From a virus (Duplodnaviria; Heunggongvirae; Uroviricota; Caudoviricetes): a DNA stretch of 21,063 bases. The translations under genes were made by a program, and so were the position numbers. Shown here piece after piece: positions 1-7,895 of this stretch. Location: IMG/VR virus record IMGVR_UViG_2617270947_000018, one strand, 5' to 3'. Positions within the stretch are counted from its first letter, which is position 1. Each line of letters starts with the position of its first letter. The notes below the pieces were generated by a model. That model was not told where the DNA came from. It was given only the letters and a program-made list of their open reading frames with translations, and ran no database searches.

Positions 1-981
1 TTATAACGTCACTCCGCCTTTTAGTGGATTCAGAGCGACGGCATTTTGCAGATAGTCAGGCGCAAGGTGCGCATAGGCCATCGTCTGCTGAATGCTCGCA
101 TGTCCCAGAATCTGTTGCAGTGCGATTATATTGCCCCCATTCATCATGAAATGGCTTGCGAATGTATGCCGCAGGATGTGGGTTGCCTGATTGGGTGGTA
201 TATCAGGTTTCACTCTGCGTAAAATCCCGCAAAATTTCTCATAATCAACTTTGAATAATTTGGCGCTGGCCTCCTCTTTAACTTTTTTCTCCAGTTCCTC
301 AGAAATCGGCACGGTTCGCTTTTTACCGTTTTTGGTTTTCAGGAAGGTAACCCTGCAATTTGTAATCTGTGCTGGTTTTAGCGTGGCAACTTCCGTCCAT
401 CTTCCTCCAGTGCTCAGACATAAAAGCGCGACAAGTAAGTCATCACCAGCCAAAACATTTAACAGTTTTTCGATTTCTGCTTTTTCCAGGAACGTCATTT
501 CAGGGTTGGCCTCCGCCAGTGGCGGCAGTCCGTGAATTGGGTGTTGCCCGGAAAATTCATCCAATTGAATTAATTTTGTGAACATGCCGGATAATCTGTA
601 CATGTCACGGTTTATCGTTGAGGCACTGATACCATCACGTAGTCGCATGGAACGATAATCCATCAAAGCCCTTTTGCTCATCCTGCTCACTGGTATATCA
701 CCTATGCCGCTGATGGTTTTGAGTAGATGATTAAACTCTTTTGTTCCATGCTCGTGGTTTTGCCCGTGATATTTCCACCAGATGTCCAGCAACTCACTCA
801 AAGTCCGGCGGTCTGCTCGCTGGCCTCCCCATTCTTTCTGACTGGCATTGGCGATTGTGTATCGCTCAAATGCTAGTGCTTCAGCTTTTCTTTCGAATTT
901 CCTGCGGATGCGTTTTCCGTCGCGACCGCGAGGTCTAATGTCCACTTCATAGCGACCATCATCGAGCTTCTTAATTGCCAT
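1..981 (-). CDS. int: Tyrosine recombinase / phage integrase (P2 Int-like)
   Basis: Minus-strand ORF whose stop codon is at 1-3. The C-terminus has the tyrosine-recombinase catalytic region (HILRHTFASHF ... LGHASIQQTMAYAH, i.e. the R/H-x-x-R...H...Y signature). The N-terminus MAIKKLDDGRYEVDIRP matches P2 Int as recalled. The start at 979-981 is preferred because GGAGGG lies about 8 nt upstream; an in-frame ATG at 1009-1011 would add 10 codons but has no Shine-Dalgarno (SD). Confidence 0.88.
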   Translation of the reverse strand: MAIKKLDDGRYEVDIRPRGRDGKRIRRKFERKAEALAFERYTIANASQKEWGGQRADRRTLSELLDIWWKYHGQNHEHGTKEFNHLLKTISGIGDIPVSRMSKRALMDYRSMRLRDGISASTINRDMYRLSGMFTKLIQLDEFSGQHPIHGLPPLAEANPEMTFLEKAEIEKLLNVLAGDDLLVALLCLSTGGRWTEVATLKPAQITNCRVTFLKTKNGKKRTVPISEELEKKVKEEASAKLFKVDYEKFCGILRRVKPDIPPNQATHILRHTFASHFMMNGGNIIALQQILGHASIQQTMAYAHLAPDYLQNAVALNPLKGGVTL

Positions 982-1050
982 AAGAAAGCCCTCCGGCGCT
1001 GTATTCACCATCTTGGTAGCAAATGGTGAAAATGTAATCTTTATATAGAG

Positions 1051-1344
1051 TTAGCCAATCCTTTTCGCGGAGTGGTTGGACTCTGTTGACTCTGGCCCAA
1101 TGTGCGCGAGAGCCGGTGCGATTTGTCCTGCGTCCGGCGCGGTTTTATCTGTCATAAGCCATAGAGCATATTTTTGGAATGTGGGATGCATAGTGATTTT
1201 TAGCAAAGCTGTGCCACCGGGTTCAAAGTTTCCTCCTTCATATTTTTTAAGTGTGCTTAGCGGTAACTCTATGATTTCACAGAATTTTGATTGGCTTAGC
1301 CCTTCAGCCTCACGCAAGGCCTTAATCTTTTCGCTTAATTTCAT
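1051..1344 (-). CDS. C: Immunity repressor, P2 C-like but a different immunity type
   Basis: 97-aa ORF divergent from cox and immediately upstream of int, as in P2. The C-terminal half contains QIAPALAH, as in P2 C from memory, but the N-terminal DNA-binding half differs from P2 C. Confidence 0.8.
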   Translation of the reverse strand: MKLSEKIKALREAEGLSQSKFCEIIELPLSTLKKYEGGNFEPGGTALLKITMHPTFQKYALWLMTDKTAPDAGQIAPALAHIGPESTESNHSAKRIG

Positions 1345-1465
1345 TTGACATGGTGCCTATATAGGGACTAAATTCCCTCAAAACTGGAACCTATATAGGT
1401 TCCATTGATTTGAGAATAAACCAGCGTCTAAACGGTTTTGAGTGGTTTAGAAAGGGCTGGATCCT
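1345..1465. promoter_or_regulatory. Early/repressor promoter-operator region (Pe/Pc-like) with two palindromic CCTATATAGG operator candidates
   Basis: Intergenic region between the divergently oriented C and cox. TTGACA at 1345-1350 is followed 18 nt later by TAAATT (1369-1374), a sigma70-like rightward promoter. The self-complementary 10-mer CCTATATAGG occurs at 1356-1365 and 1390-1399; the second copy extends to an 18-bp perfect palindrome GGAACCTATATAGGTTCC (1386-1403). Confidence 0.55.
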
Positions 1466-1753
1466 ATGAGGGTACCATATATGGACGCTGAAAATTATGT
1501 GATTCAGTATCCGCTTGATGCGGTTCATGTGGATAAATTTGCTGATTTATTAGGGAAGCCAAAGACAGCCGTCAGTGAAATGGTGAAGGCAAATAAATTA
1601 CCAATTATTGAATTGCGTGATCCTTGCAAACCGAAGGCTCGTGCCGGTGAAAAATGGGTTTTCATTCCTGAGTTTAATCGCGCTGTACGTGAGGCGTTTT
1701 ATAACCGACCGGTTGAACAGCGTGATGCATGGCTTTTGTGGATGGGGTTGTGA
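1466..1753 (+). CDS. cox: Cox-like excisionase / early-promoter repressor
   Basis: 95-aa ORF in the P2 cox position. C-terminal ...RDAWLLWMGL resembles P2 Cox (...RDGWLMWLGL as recalled). An alternative start at the internal Met (MDAENY) is possible. Confidence 0.75.
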   Translation: MRVPYMDAENYVIQYPLDAVHVDKFADLLGKPKTAVSEMVKANKLPIIELRDPCKPKARAGEKWVFIPEFNRAVREAFYNRPVEQRDAWLLWMGL

Positions 1754-1755
1754 TT

Positions 1756-1926
1756 ATGAATGAGCCGCGTTGTATTGCTCAGTTATTGCGTAACGAAAGC
1801 CCCAGGGCGATTGACTTCACCATCACCCACGGGAAGGGGCGCAAGGGAATCATTATCCGCACCAAAAAACAGAGTCCGTTAAAAAAGGCTCTGACCTTTC
1901 TGAAAAGCCGGAGGGCCTGGAAATGA
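1756..1926 (+). CDS. Small basic early protein (P2 orf78-like position)
   Basis: ORF between cox and B. The ATG at 1756 follows a GGGG-rich SD-like stretch and overlaps the cox stop; an upstream in-frame ATG at 1729 is also possible. Its stop overlaps the B start (ATGA). Confidence 0.5.
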   Translation: MNEPRCIAQLLRNESPRAIDFTITHGKGRKGIIIRTKKQSPLKKALTFLKSRRAWK

Positions 1927-2423
1927 CAGTGATGACGCTCAATCTCGTTGAAAAACAGCCAGCAGCTATGCGCCGGATAATTGGTAAGCATCTTGCCGTT
2001 CCTCGCTGGCAGGATACATGTGATTATTATAATCAGATGATGGAGCGCGAACGGCTAACAGTTTGCTTTCATGCGCAGTTAAAACAACGTCACGCAACGA
2101 TGCGTTTTGAAGAAATGAACGACGTCGAACGTGAACGGCTGGTTTGTGCAATTGATGAATTGCGTGGCGCATTCTCAAAACGCCGTCAGGTTGGCGCAAG
2201 TGAGTATGCATATATTAGTTTTTTAACAGTCAGTCAGCGTCGCACTTTATTTATGCACGCACGACTGACTGAAAAAGAATTCAACCAGCCATACTGGCGA
2301 ATTAATGAAGAATCATGTTACTGGCGTGATGCTTTGTTCCGTGCATTACGTGAATTATTCAGCCTGTTTGAGTATGCACCGACAATTCTGACGTCGGTAA
2401 AACCAGAGCAATATCTGCATTAA
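1923..2423 (+). CDS. B: Replication protein B (helicase-loader-like, P2 gpB)
   Basis: 166-aa ORF, the same length as P2 B, in the conserved position after cox; the translation matches P2 B as recalled. Confidence 0.82.
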   Translation: MTVMTLNLVEKQPAAMRRIIGKHLAVPRWQDTCDYYNQMMERERLTVCFHAQLKQRHATMRFEEMNDVERERLVCAIDELRGAFSKRRQVGASEYAYISFLTVSQRRTLFMHARLTEKEFNQPYWRINEESCYWRDALFRALRELFSLFEYAPTILTSVKPEQYLH

Positions 2424-2486
2424 ATAATTAACCAGAGTTTTTAACGCACTTAATCGTGCGGGGCTTCTTTTTGCCTGGAGAAAGTC

Positions 2487-2711
2487 ATGCATACAGTTTC
2501 TGAAAATCAGTGCGGTATATACGCATTAATGCTGCAACAGGCCAGAACCGAAGCACAGGCCGACGCTGCGACGCGCTTTTCTTCTCATCTTGACGCCATG
2601 ATTCGCCACATCACAAAGGCGGAGTTATCCCGCGTGGAGATAGTCGAGCTGCTCAGTCAGGAGTCGGAAAAATTTCACAATATCGGATTGTCTCGCGGGG
2701 AGGTGCTTTGA
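2487..2711 (+). CDS. Hypothetical early protein (P2 orf80-like)
   Basis: 74-aa ORF with GGAG 6 nt upstream of the ATG; its stop overlaps the next start (ATGA), indicating translational coupling. Confidence 0.55.
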   Translation: MHTVSENQCGIYALMLQQARTEAQADAATRFSSHLDAMIRHITKAELSRVEIVELLSQESEKFHNIGLSRGEVL

Positions 2712-3013
2712 TGTCCTGTTCTCGTTCAGTTGTATTACTGAATAACGCCCTAAAAATCGCCGTTATGAAAAATGGCGATTTGTCTCTTATTCAACTTGGT
2801 CTTGATAAAGAAAAACGCGAAATAACTGAGTCTGTTATCGCGATTTATCAGAACGAATTAAATCTCCTGTCTGATGTGGTCAATTTACTTGTTAAACGCG
2901 CTGTATTTCACAAGCAAATCTCCTCCGTGGATGAACTGACGAAATTAACGACAGAAATTGCCAGTTATTGCGCTGATGAATTTAAAAACCTTAACGACAA
3001 AAGGAACTGGTAA
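2711..3013 (+). CDS. Hypothetical early protein (P2 orf81-like)
   Basis: About 100-aa ORF. ATG at 2711 (the ORF track starts at a TTG one codon earlier). Its stop codon overlaps the next gene's ATG. Confidence 0.55.
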   Translation: MSCSRSVVLLNNALKIAVMKNGDLSLIQLGLDKEKREITESVIAIYQNELNLLSDVVNLLVKRAVFHKQISSVDELTKLTTEIASYCADEFKNLNDKRNW

Positions 3014-3237
3014 TGCCGGACAACGTAGATTTTATTCAGGAACAACAGGCTGAATTACTGGAGCGCCAGATTAACGCGGCAAGGGTAAAACATTGCGGTG
3101 CTTCTGCGCTGGTTTGCGAAGAGTGTGACGCGCCAATACCTGCTGCCCGTCGTGCGGCTTATCCGTCAGCCACGCGTTGTGTTTCCTGTCAGTCAGTCTT
3201 TGAAGCAAAAAACAAACATTACCGGAGAATGGCATGA
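3013..3237 (+). CDS. DksA/TraR-type C4 zinc-finger protein (P2 orf82-like)
   Basis: 74-aa ORF with CEEC-x17-CVSC, i.e. a CxxC...CxxC four-cysteine zinc-finger arrangement typical of the TraR/DksA family. Confidence 0.65.
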   Translation: MPDNVDFIQEQQAELLERQINAARVKHCGASALVCEECDAPIPAARRAAYPSATRCVSCQSVFEAKNKHYRRMA

Positions 3238-3509
3238 GTATTCGTATCGAAATTGGCGAACGTTATGTCGTTACCAGTGACAGCTTTCAGTTTATTCTCC
3301 ACGAGAAAAAGAGAGCGGAAAGCGGTAAAAACGCCGGTCAGGAATGGCTGTCGGTGGTTGGTTATTACCCGAAATTAAGCCAGCTCGTTTCCGGCCTGAT
3401 GCATCACGATATTCTGACCGGAAGCGCAAAGTCTTTTGCTGATTTAAACGCGCAGGTTGAGCAACTCAGCAAGCGTTGTTCAGAGGCTTTTGGCTCATAT
3501 GGCCGTTAA
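3234..3509 (+). CDS. Hypothetical early protein (P2 orf83-like)
   Basis: 91-aa ORF; ATG overlaps the previous stop; its 3' end overlaps the first 11 nt of gene A. Confidence 0.55.
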   Translation: MSIRIEIGERYVVTSDSFQFILHEKKRAESGKNAGQEWLSVVGYYPKLSQLVSGLMHHDILTGSAKSFADLNAQVEQLSKRCSEAFGSYGR

Positions 3510-5784
3510 AGCCTCCGGGCGTTTTGTCCCTCCGTCAGCATTTGCCGCAGGCACCGGTAAGGCGTTTACCGGTGCTTATGCATGGAACGCGCCACGCGAG
3601 GCCGTCGGGCGCGAAAGACCCCTTACACGTGACGAGATGCGTCAGGTGCAAGGTGTTTTATCCACGATTAACCGCCTGCCTTACTTTTTGCGCTCGCTGT
3701 TTACTTCACGCTATGACTACATCCGGCGCAATAAAAGCCCGGTGCACGGGTTTTATTTTCTCACATCCACTTTTCAGCGTCGTTTATGGCCGCGCATTGA
3801 GCGTGTGAATCAGCGCCATGAAATGAACACCGACGCGTCGTTGCTGTTTCTGGCAGAGCGTGACCATTATGCGCGTCTGCCGGGGATGAATGACAAGGAG
3901 CTGAAAAAGTTTGCCGCCCGTATCTCATCGCAGCTTTTCATGATGTATGAGGAACTCTGCGATGCCTGGGTGGATGCGCATGGCGAGAAAGAATCGCTGT
4001 TTACGGATGAGGCACAGGCTCACCTGTATGGTCATGTTGCTGGCGCTGCACGAGCTTTCAATATTTCCCCTCTCTACTGGAAAAAATACCGTAAAGGGCA
4101 GATGACCACGAGGCAGGCATATTCTGCCATTGCCCGTCTGTTTAACGATGAGTGGTGGATTAGTCAGCTTAAAGGCCAGCGTATGCGCTGGCATGAGGCG
4201 TTACTGATTGCTGTCGGGGAGGTCAATAAAGACCGTTCTCCTTATGCCAGTAAACATGCCATTCGTGATGTGCGTGCACGCCGCCAGGCAAATCTGGAAT
4301 TTCTTAAATCGTGTGATCTCGAAAACAGGGAAACCGGCGAGCGCATCGACCTTATCAGTAAGGTGATGGGCAGTATTTCTAATCCTGAAATTCGCCGGAT
4401 GGAGCTGATGAACACCATTGCCGGTATTGAGCGTTACGCCGCAGCAGAGGGTGATGTGGGGATGTTTATCACGCTGACCGCGCCGTCAAAGTATCACCCG
4501 ACACGTCAGGTTGGAAAAGGCGAAAGTAAAACCGTCCAGCTAAATCACGGCTGGAACGATGAGGCATTTAATCCAAAGGATGCGCAGCGTTATCTCTGCC
4601 GTATCTGGAGCCTGATGCGCACGGCATTCAAGGATAATGATTTACAGGTCTACGGTTTGCGTGTCGTCGAGCCACACCACGACGGAACGCCGCACTGGCA
4701 TATGATGCTTTTTTGTAATCCGCGCCAGCGTAACCAGATTATCGAAATCATGCGTCGCTATGCGCTCAAAGAGGATGGCGACGAAAGAGGAGCCGCGCGA
4801 AACCGTTTTCAGGCAAAACACCTTAATCGGGGCGGTGCTGCGGGGTATATCGCGAAATACATCTCAAAAAACATCGACGGCTATGCACTGGATGGTCAGC
4901 TCGATAACGATACCGGCAGACCTCTGAAAGATACTGCCGCGGCTGTTACTGCATGGGCGTCAACGTGGCGCATCCCGCAATTTAAAACGGTTGGTCTGCC
5001 GACAATGGGGGCTTACCGTGAACTACGCAAATTGCCTCGCGGCGTCAGCATTGCTGATGAGTTTGACGAACGCGTCGAGGCTGCACGCGCTGCCGCAGAC
5101 AGTGGCGATTTTGCGTTGTATATCAGTGCGCAGGGTGGGGCAAATGTCCCGCGCGATTGTCAGACTGTCAGGGTCGCCCGTAGTCCGTCGGATGAAGTTA
5201 ACGAGTACGAGGAAGAAGTCGAGAGAGTGGTCGGCATTTACGCGCCGCATCTCGGCGCGCGTCATATTCATATCACCAGAACGACGGACTGGCGCATTGT
5301 TCCGAAAGTGCCGGTCGTTGAGCCTTTGACTTTAAAAAGCGGCATCGCCGCGCCTCGGAGTCCTGTCAATAACTGTGGAATGCTCACCGGTGGTGATACT
5401 TCGTTACCGGCTCCCACACCTTCTGAGCACGCCGCAGCAGTGCTTAATCTGGTTGATGACGGAGTTATCGAATGGAATGAGCCGGAGGTCGTGAGGGCGC
5501 TCAGGGGCGCATTAAAACACGGCCTGAGAACACCTAATCGTCAGCAAAGAAACGGAAGCCCGTTAAAACAGCATGAAATAGCGCCATCGGCCAGACTGAC
5601 CCGGTCGGAACGAATGCAAATCACCCGTATCCGTGTTGACCTTGCTCAGAACGGTATCAGGCCGCAGCGATGGGAGCTTGAGGCGCTGGCGCGTGGCGCG
5701 ACCGTAAATTATGACGGGAAAAAATTCACGTATCCGGTCGCTGATGAGTGGCCGGGATTCTCAACGGTAATGGAGTGGATATAA
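3499..5784 (+). CDS. A: Rolling-circle replication initiator (HUH endonuclease, P2 gpA)
   Basis: 761-aa ORF from ATG 3499 (the track's 3457 start is a TTG). HUH metal-binding motif TPHWHMMLF and a Y-x3-Y catalytic tyrosine pair (GYIAKYISK). Sequence and length match P2 A as recalled. Confidence 0.9.
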   Translation: MAVKASGRFVPPSAFAAGTGKAFTGAYAWNAPREAVGRERPLTRDEMRQVQGVLSTINRLPYFLRSLFTSRYDYIRRNKSPVHGFYFLTSTFQRRLWPRIERVNQRHEMNTDASLLFLAERDHYARLPGMNDKELKKFAARISSQLFMMYEELCDAWVDAHGEKESLFTDEAQAHLYGHVAGAARAFNISPLYWKKYRKGQMTTRQAYSAIARLFNDEWWISQLKGQRMRWHEALLIAVGEVNKDRSPYASKHAIRDVRARRQANLEFLKSCDLENRETGERIDLISKVMGSISNPEIRRMELMNTIAGIERYAAAEGDVGMFITLTAPSKYHPTRQVGKGESKTVQLNHGWNDEAFNPKDAQRYLCRIWSLMRTAFKDNDLQVYGLRVVEPHHDGTPHWHMMLFCNPRQRNQIIEIMRRYALKEDGDERGAARNRFQAKHLNRGGAAGYIAKYISKNIDGYALDGQLDNDTGRPLKDTAAAVTAWASTWRIPQFKTVGLPTMGAYRELRKLPRGVSIADEFDERVEAARAAADSGDFALYISAQGGANVPRDCQTVRVARSPSDEVNEYEEEVERVVGIYAPHLGARHIHITRTTDWRIVPKVPVVEPLTLKSGIAAPRSPVNNCGMLTGGDTSLPAPTPSEHAAAVLNLVDDGVIEWNEPEVVRALRGALKHGLRTPNRQQRNGSPLKQHEIAPSARLTRSERMQITRIRVDLAQNGIRPQRWELEALARGATVNYDGKKFTYPVADEWPGFSTVMEWI

Positions 5785-5895
5785 TGGCAAAAATTCACGA
5801 GATCTTAGATAGTTTCGTACTGTATATATTTAGTTGTTACTTGCAGTTTGGTATTGTTTGCCATGGTTGTTTGTTAAGTGCTTTAAAGGTGAGGA

Positions 5896-7734
5896 ATGAG
5901 CGAGTTCGATGTTTTTTCTATTTCAGTTGATGATTTTAAAAAAAGTGAGTACGCCAGTATATTGTTACCACCAAGAAGCCATTCTTATTTTGAAATGGAA
6001 TCTTATTTTTTTCAGTTGTTGTTATTTTATAAGCAAAAAAAAGATGTGAGTTCTTGGAGGGTTTGCTATTTATTACGTTCGTTATTTAGTTTAAAATTTT
6101 CTAAGTCTGGTGATATTATCGACTTTGAGTCTAAAATCATTCTCTATCCTAAGCGAGGTTATAGACCTTCAGATTACAAGGATAATTATTTAACCATATT
6201 AACTTGTATTAAAGAAAATACTGATAACCCTTATATTATATCTAGGGTGTGTGATGTTTTATGGATAAATAACCGTAAGGATATAGATTCTGCTAATAAA
6301 GCAATAGAGTCATATGCTCTAATGATTAATGATGCTTGTGATACTTTGTTAGAAAAAAAGGAATCAGGTGACATCCATGTTTTTGATGTTGTTGACTGCT
6401 TGGATAGAGGTATTACAATATCGCGCATGCTTATTGGCAGGAAAAAACAACTGCAAGGAGGGATAGTTGACTCGACGTTAAGGCTATATCATATATTAAT
6501 AGATTCTAGTATATTTATCGGTGTTTTAAGAATTTCTGAAATTCTTTATAAGAATAATTTATTGTGCCCCTTACAATTGGCTAAGAATGCAGAAAAGATA
6601 GCTGATGAGCATTGTGGAGCTTCTTATTTTGATGCTGTGAAAAAATTGTTTTATTTTGCGTCTGAATTATATGTTAAAAATGATATGGAAGAGCAAGGAA
6701 GAAGGTGCAAAATGAAAGCGACAGAAATAACATTGGCTCAATTTGAACAGTCTTCATCTCCAACATTGAAGGCTCATTGGCTAAGAGTTGCTCTTGGGGA
6801 ATTTAGAGCGATTGGTGGAATGAGTGAAAGGATTAAAGAGATTAAAGAGGAATTAAATTCTATTCGAGATCAAATCAATGATGAAATGTATTCCTTTGCA
6901 ATACCAATGGATCTTAGTGATGTTATCGCTCAGAAAGAGCATATTTATAATCAATTAAATTTCTCAGAAATAATTAAAAAATTAATCTCTAGATTTAAGG
7001 TTGTAAGTGCCAGTGAGATTATGGAAAGAGCTCGCTCTGATGCTAAGAGATATTTTTTTGTTAATGTGAGTGATACGGTTTTTTATGATGACAGAGGACG
7101 CGTTGTGGCAAGGCAACCACCTTTAGATTCTGCTGGGGATATAAGTCTAGATGATGCCTGTGTAAATTATTTAAGAACTAGTAATATTGAGCATCAGTTT
7201 TATGTTTATGGTGAGTTTGAAGTTGTTAGGCAAAGAGTGTTGTCTAGGTATTCATTAAATGAGAATACATTTGACCCAATCTCACAACAAAGTCTATTTG
7301 TTCCTCCTGGGTATGCGGAAATATTTTCTTTAGGATTTCTTAAGCTTTGGCAGGGGGATTATGTGTCTGCCTGTTATTTGTTGTTGCCGCAGTTGGAGAA
7401 TTCAATTAGATGGATTTTAGAATTAAGAAGAAAAGAAACAACGAAAATAGATGTGTCACTTTTTGAGGAGGCTACTAGTCTATCTCAAATGCTTGCAAAT
7501 TATAAGAGTGAAATGGAAGGTATTTTTGGGAGTGATCATGTATTGACTATGGATTTATTGTTCAATATGAAAGGTGGTGCTGCAATTAGACACACGATGG
7601 CTCATGGCAGGTATACTGTAAATCATTGTTATCAACCAACTTCAGTTTTTGCCTGTGTCTTTATCTTTTATTTAACTTGTTTGCCTTTATTTAGTGTATG
7701 GGAAGATAAAGTTGAACCTTATCTGACTGATTAA
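5896..7734 (+). CDS. Hypothetical 612-aa protein; AT-rich cargo gene in the P2 tin/old slot; candidate anti-phage (abortive-infection-like) effector with HEPN-like R-x4-H motif and C-terminal hydrophobic tail
   Basis: Long uninterrupted ORF in a region of about 25% G+C (counted on sampled 60-nt lines) against about 55% in flanking phage genes. Strong SD (AAAGGTGAGGA) precedes ATG 5896. No Walker A (GxxxxGK[ST]) motif. Near the C-terminus, GGAAIRHTMAHG (R565-x4-H570, nt 7588-7605) is followed by a 19-aa hydrophobic stretch VFACVFIFYLTCLPLFSVW (nt 7645-7701). It lies between gene A and cos, where P2 carries tin/old. Confidence 0.75.
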   Translation: MSEFDVFSISVDDFKKSEYASILLPPRSHSYFEMESYFFQLLLFYKQKKDVSSWRVCYLLRSLFSLKFSKSGDIIDFESKIILYPKRGYRPSDYKDNYLTILTCIKENTDNPYIISRVCDVLWINNRKDIDSANKAIESYALMINDACDTLLEKKESGDIHVFDVVDCLDRGITISRMLIGRKKQLQGGIVDSTLRLYHILIDSSIFIGVLRISEILYKNNLLCPLQLAKNAEKIADEHCGASYFDAVKKLFYFASELYVKNDMEEQGRRCKMKATEITLAQFEQSSSPTLKAHWLRVALGEFRAIGGMSERIKEIKEELNSIRDQINDEMYSFAIPMDLSDVIAQKEHIYNQLNFSEIIKKLISRFKVVSASEIMERARSDAKRYFFVNVSDTVFYDDRGRVVARQPPLDSAGDISLDDACVNYLRTSNIEHQFYVYGEFEVVRQRVLSRYSLNENTFDPISQQSLFVPPGYAEIFSLGFLKLWQGDYVSACYLLLPQLENSIRWILELRRKETTKIDVSLFEEATSLSQMLANYKSEMEGIFGSDHVLTMDLLFNMKGGAAIRHTMAHGRYTVNHCYQPTSVFACVFIFYLTCLPLFSVWEDKVEPYLTD

Positions 7735-7895
7735 TGGAAGTTGATTTAGGTATTTTGGCATTTATCTTTCTGCGTGCAATATGTGCATGGTTTTGCATGT
7801 GCCGGAGTTGCATGTTCCGGCCGTGCGTCCGCCAGAACGGGCGTGGCTCAAAAGCGGTATTGCACCTGCATTAAAAACACCCCATGAAGCGGGCG

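Noticed and set aside
3457-3498. Longer 775-aa version of gene A and other track ORFs that begin at TTG (e.g. 2708, 3457).
   Set aside because: The downstream ATGs give proteins matching P2 lengths and N-termini and have better ribosome-binding context.
3476-3808. 110-aa plus-strand ORF overlapping the start of gene A in another frame.
   Set aside because: Fully embedded in A with an arginine/cysteine-rich, low-complexity translation typical of an off-frame reading of GC-rich coding sequence.
5896-7734. Possibility that the cargo gene is an OLD-family (ATPase-TOPRIM) nuclease like P2 old, which occupies this slot in P2.
   Set aside because: No Walker A/P-loop (GxxxxGK[ST]) was found in the translation and the sequence does not resemble P2 Old as recalled, so the OLD call is not supported.
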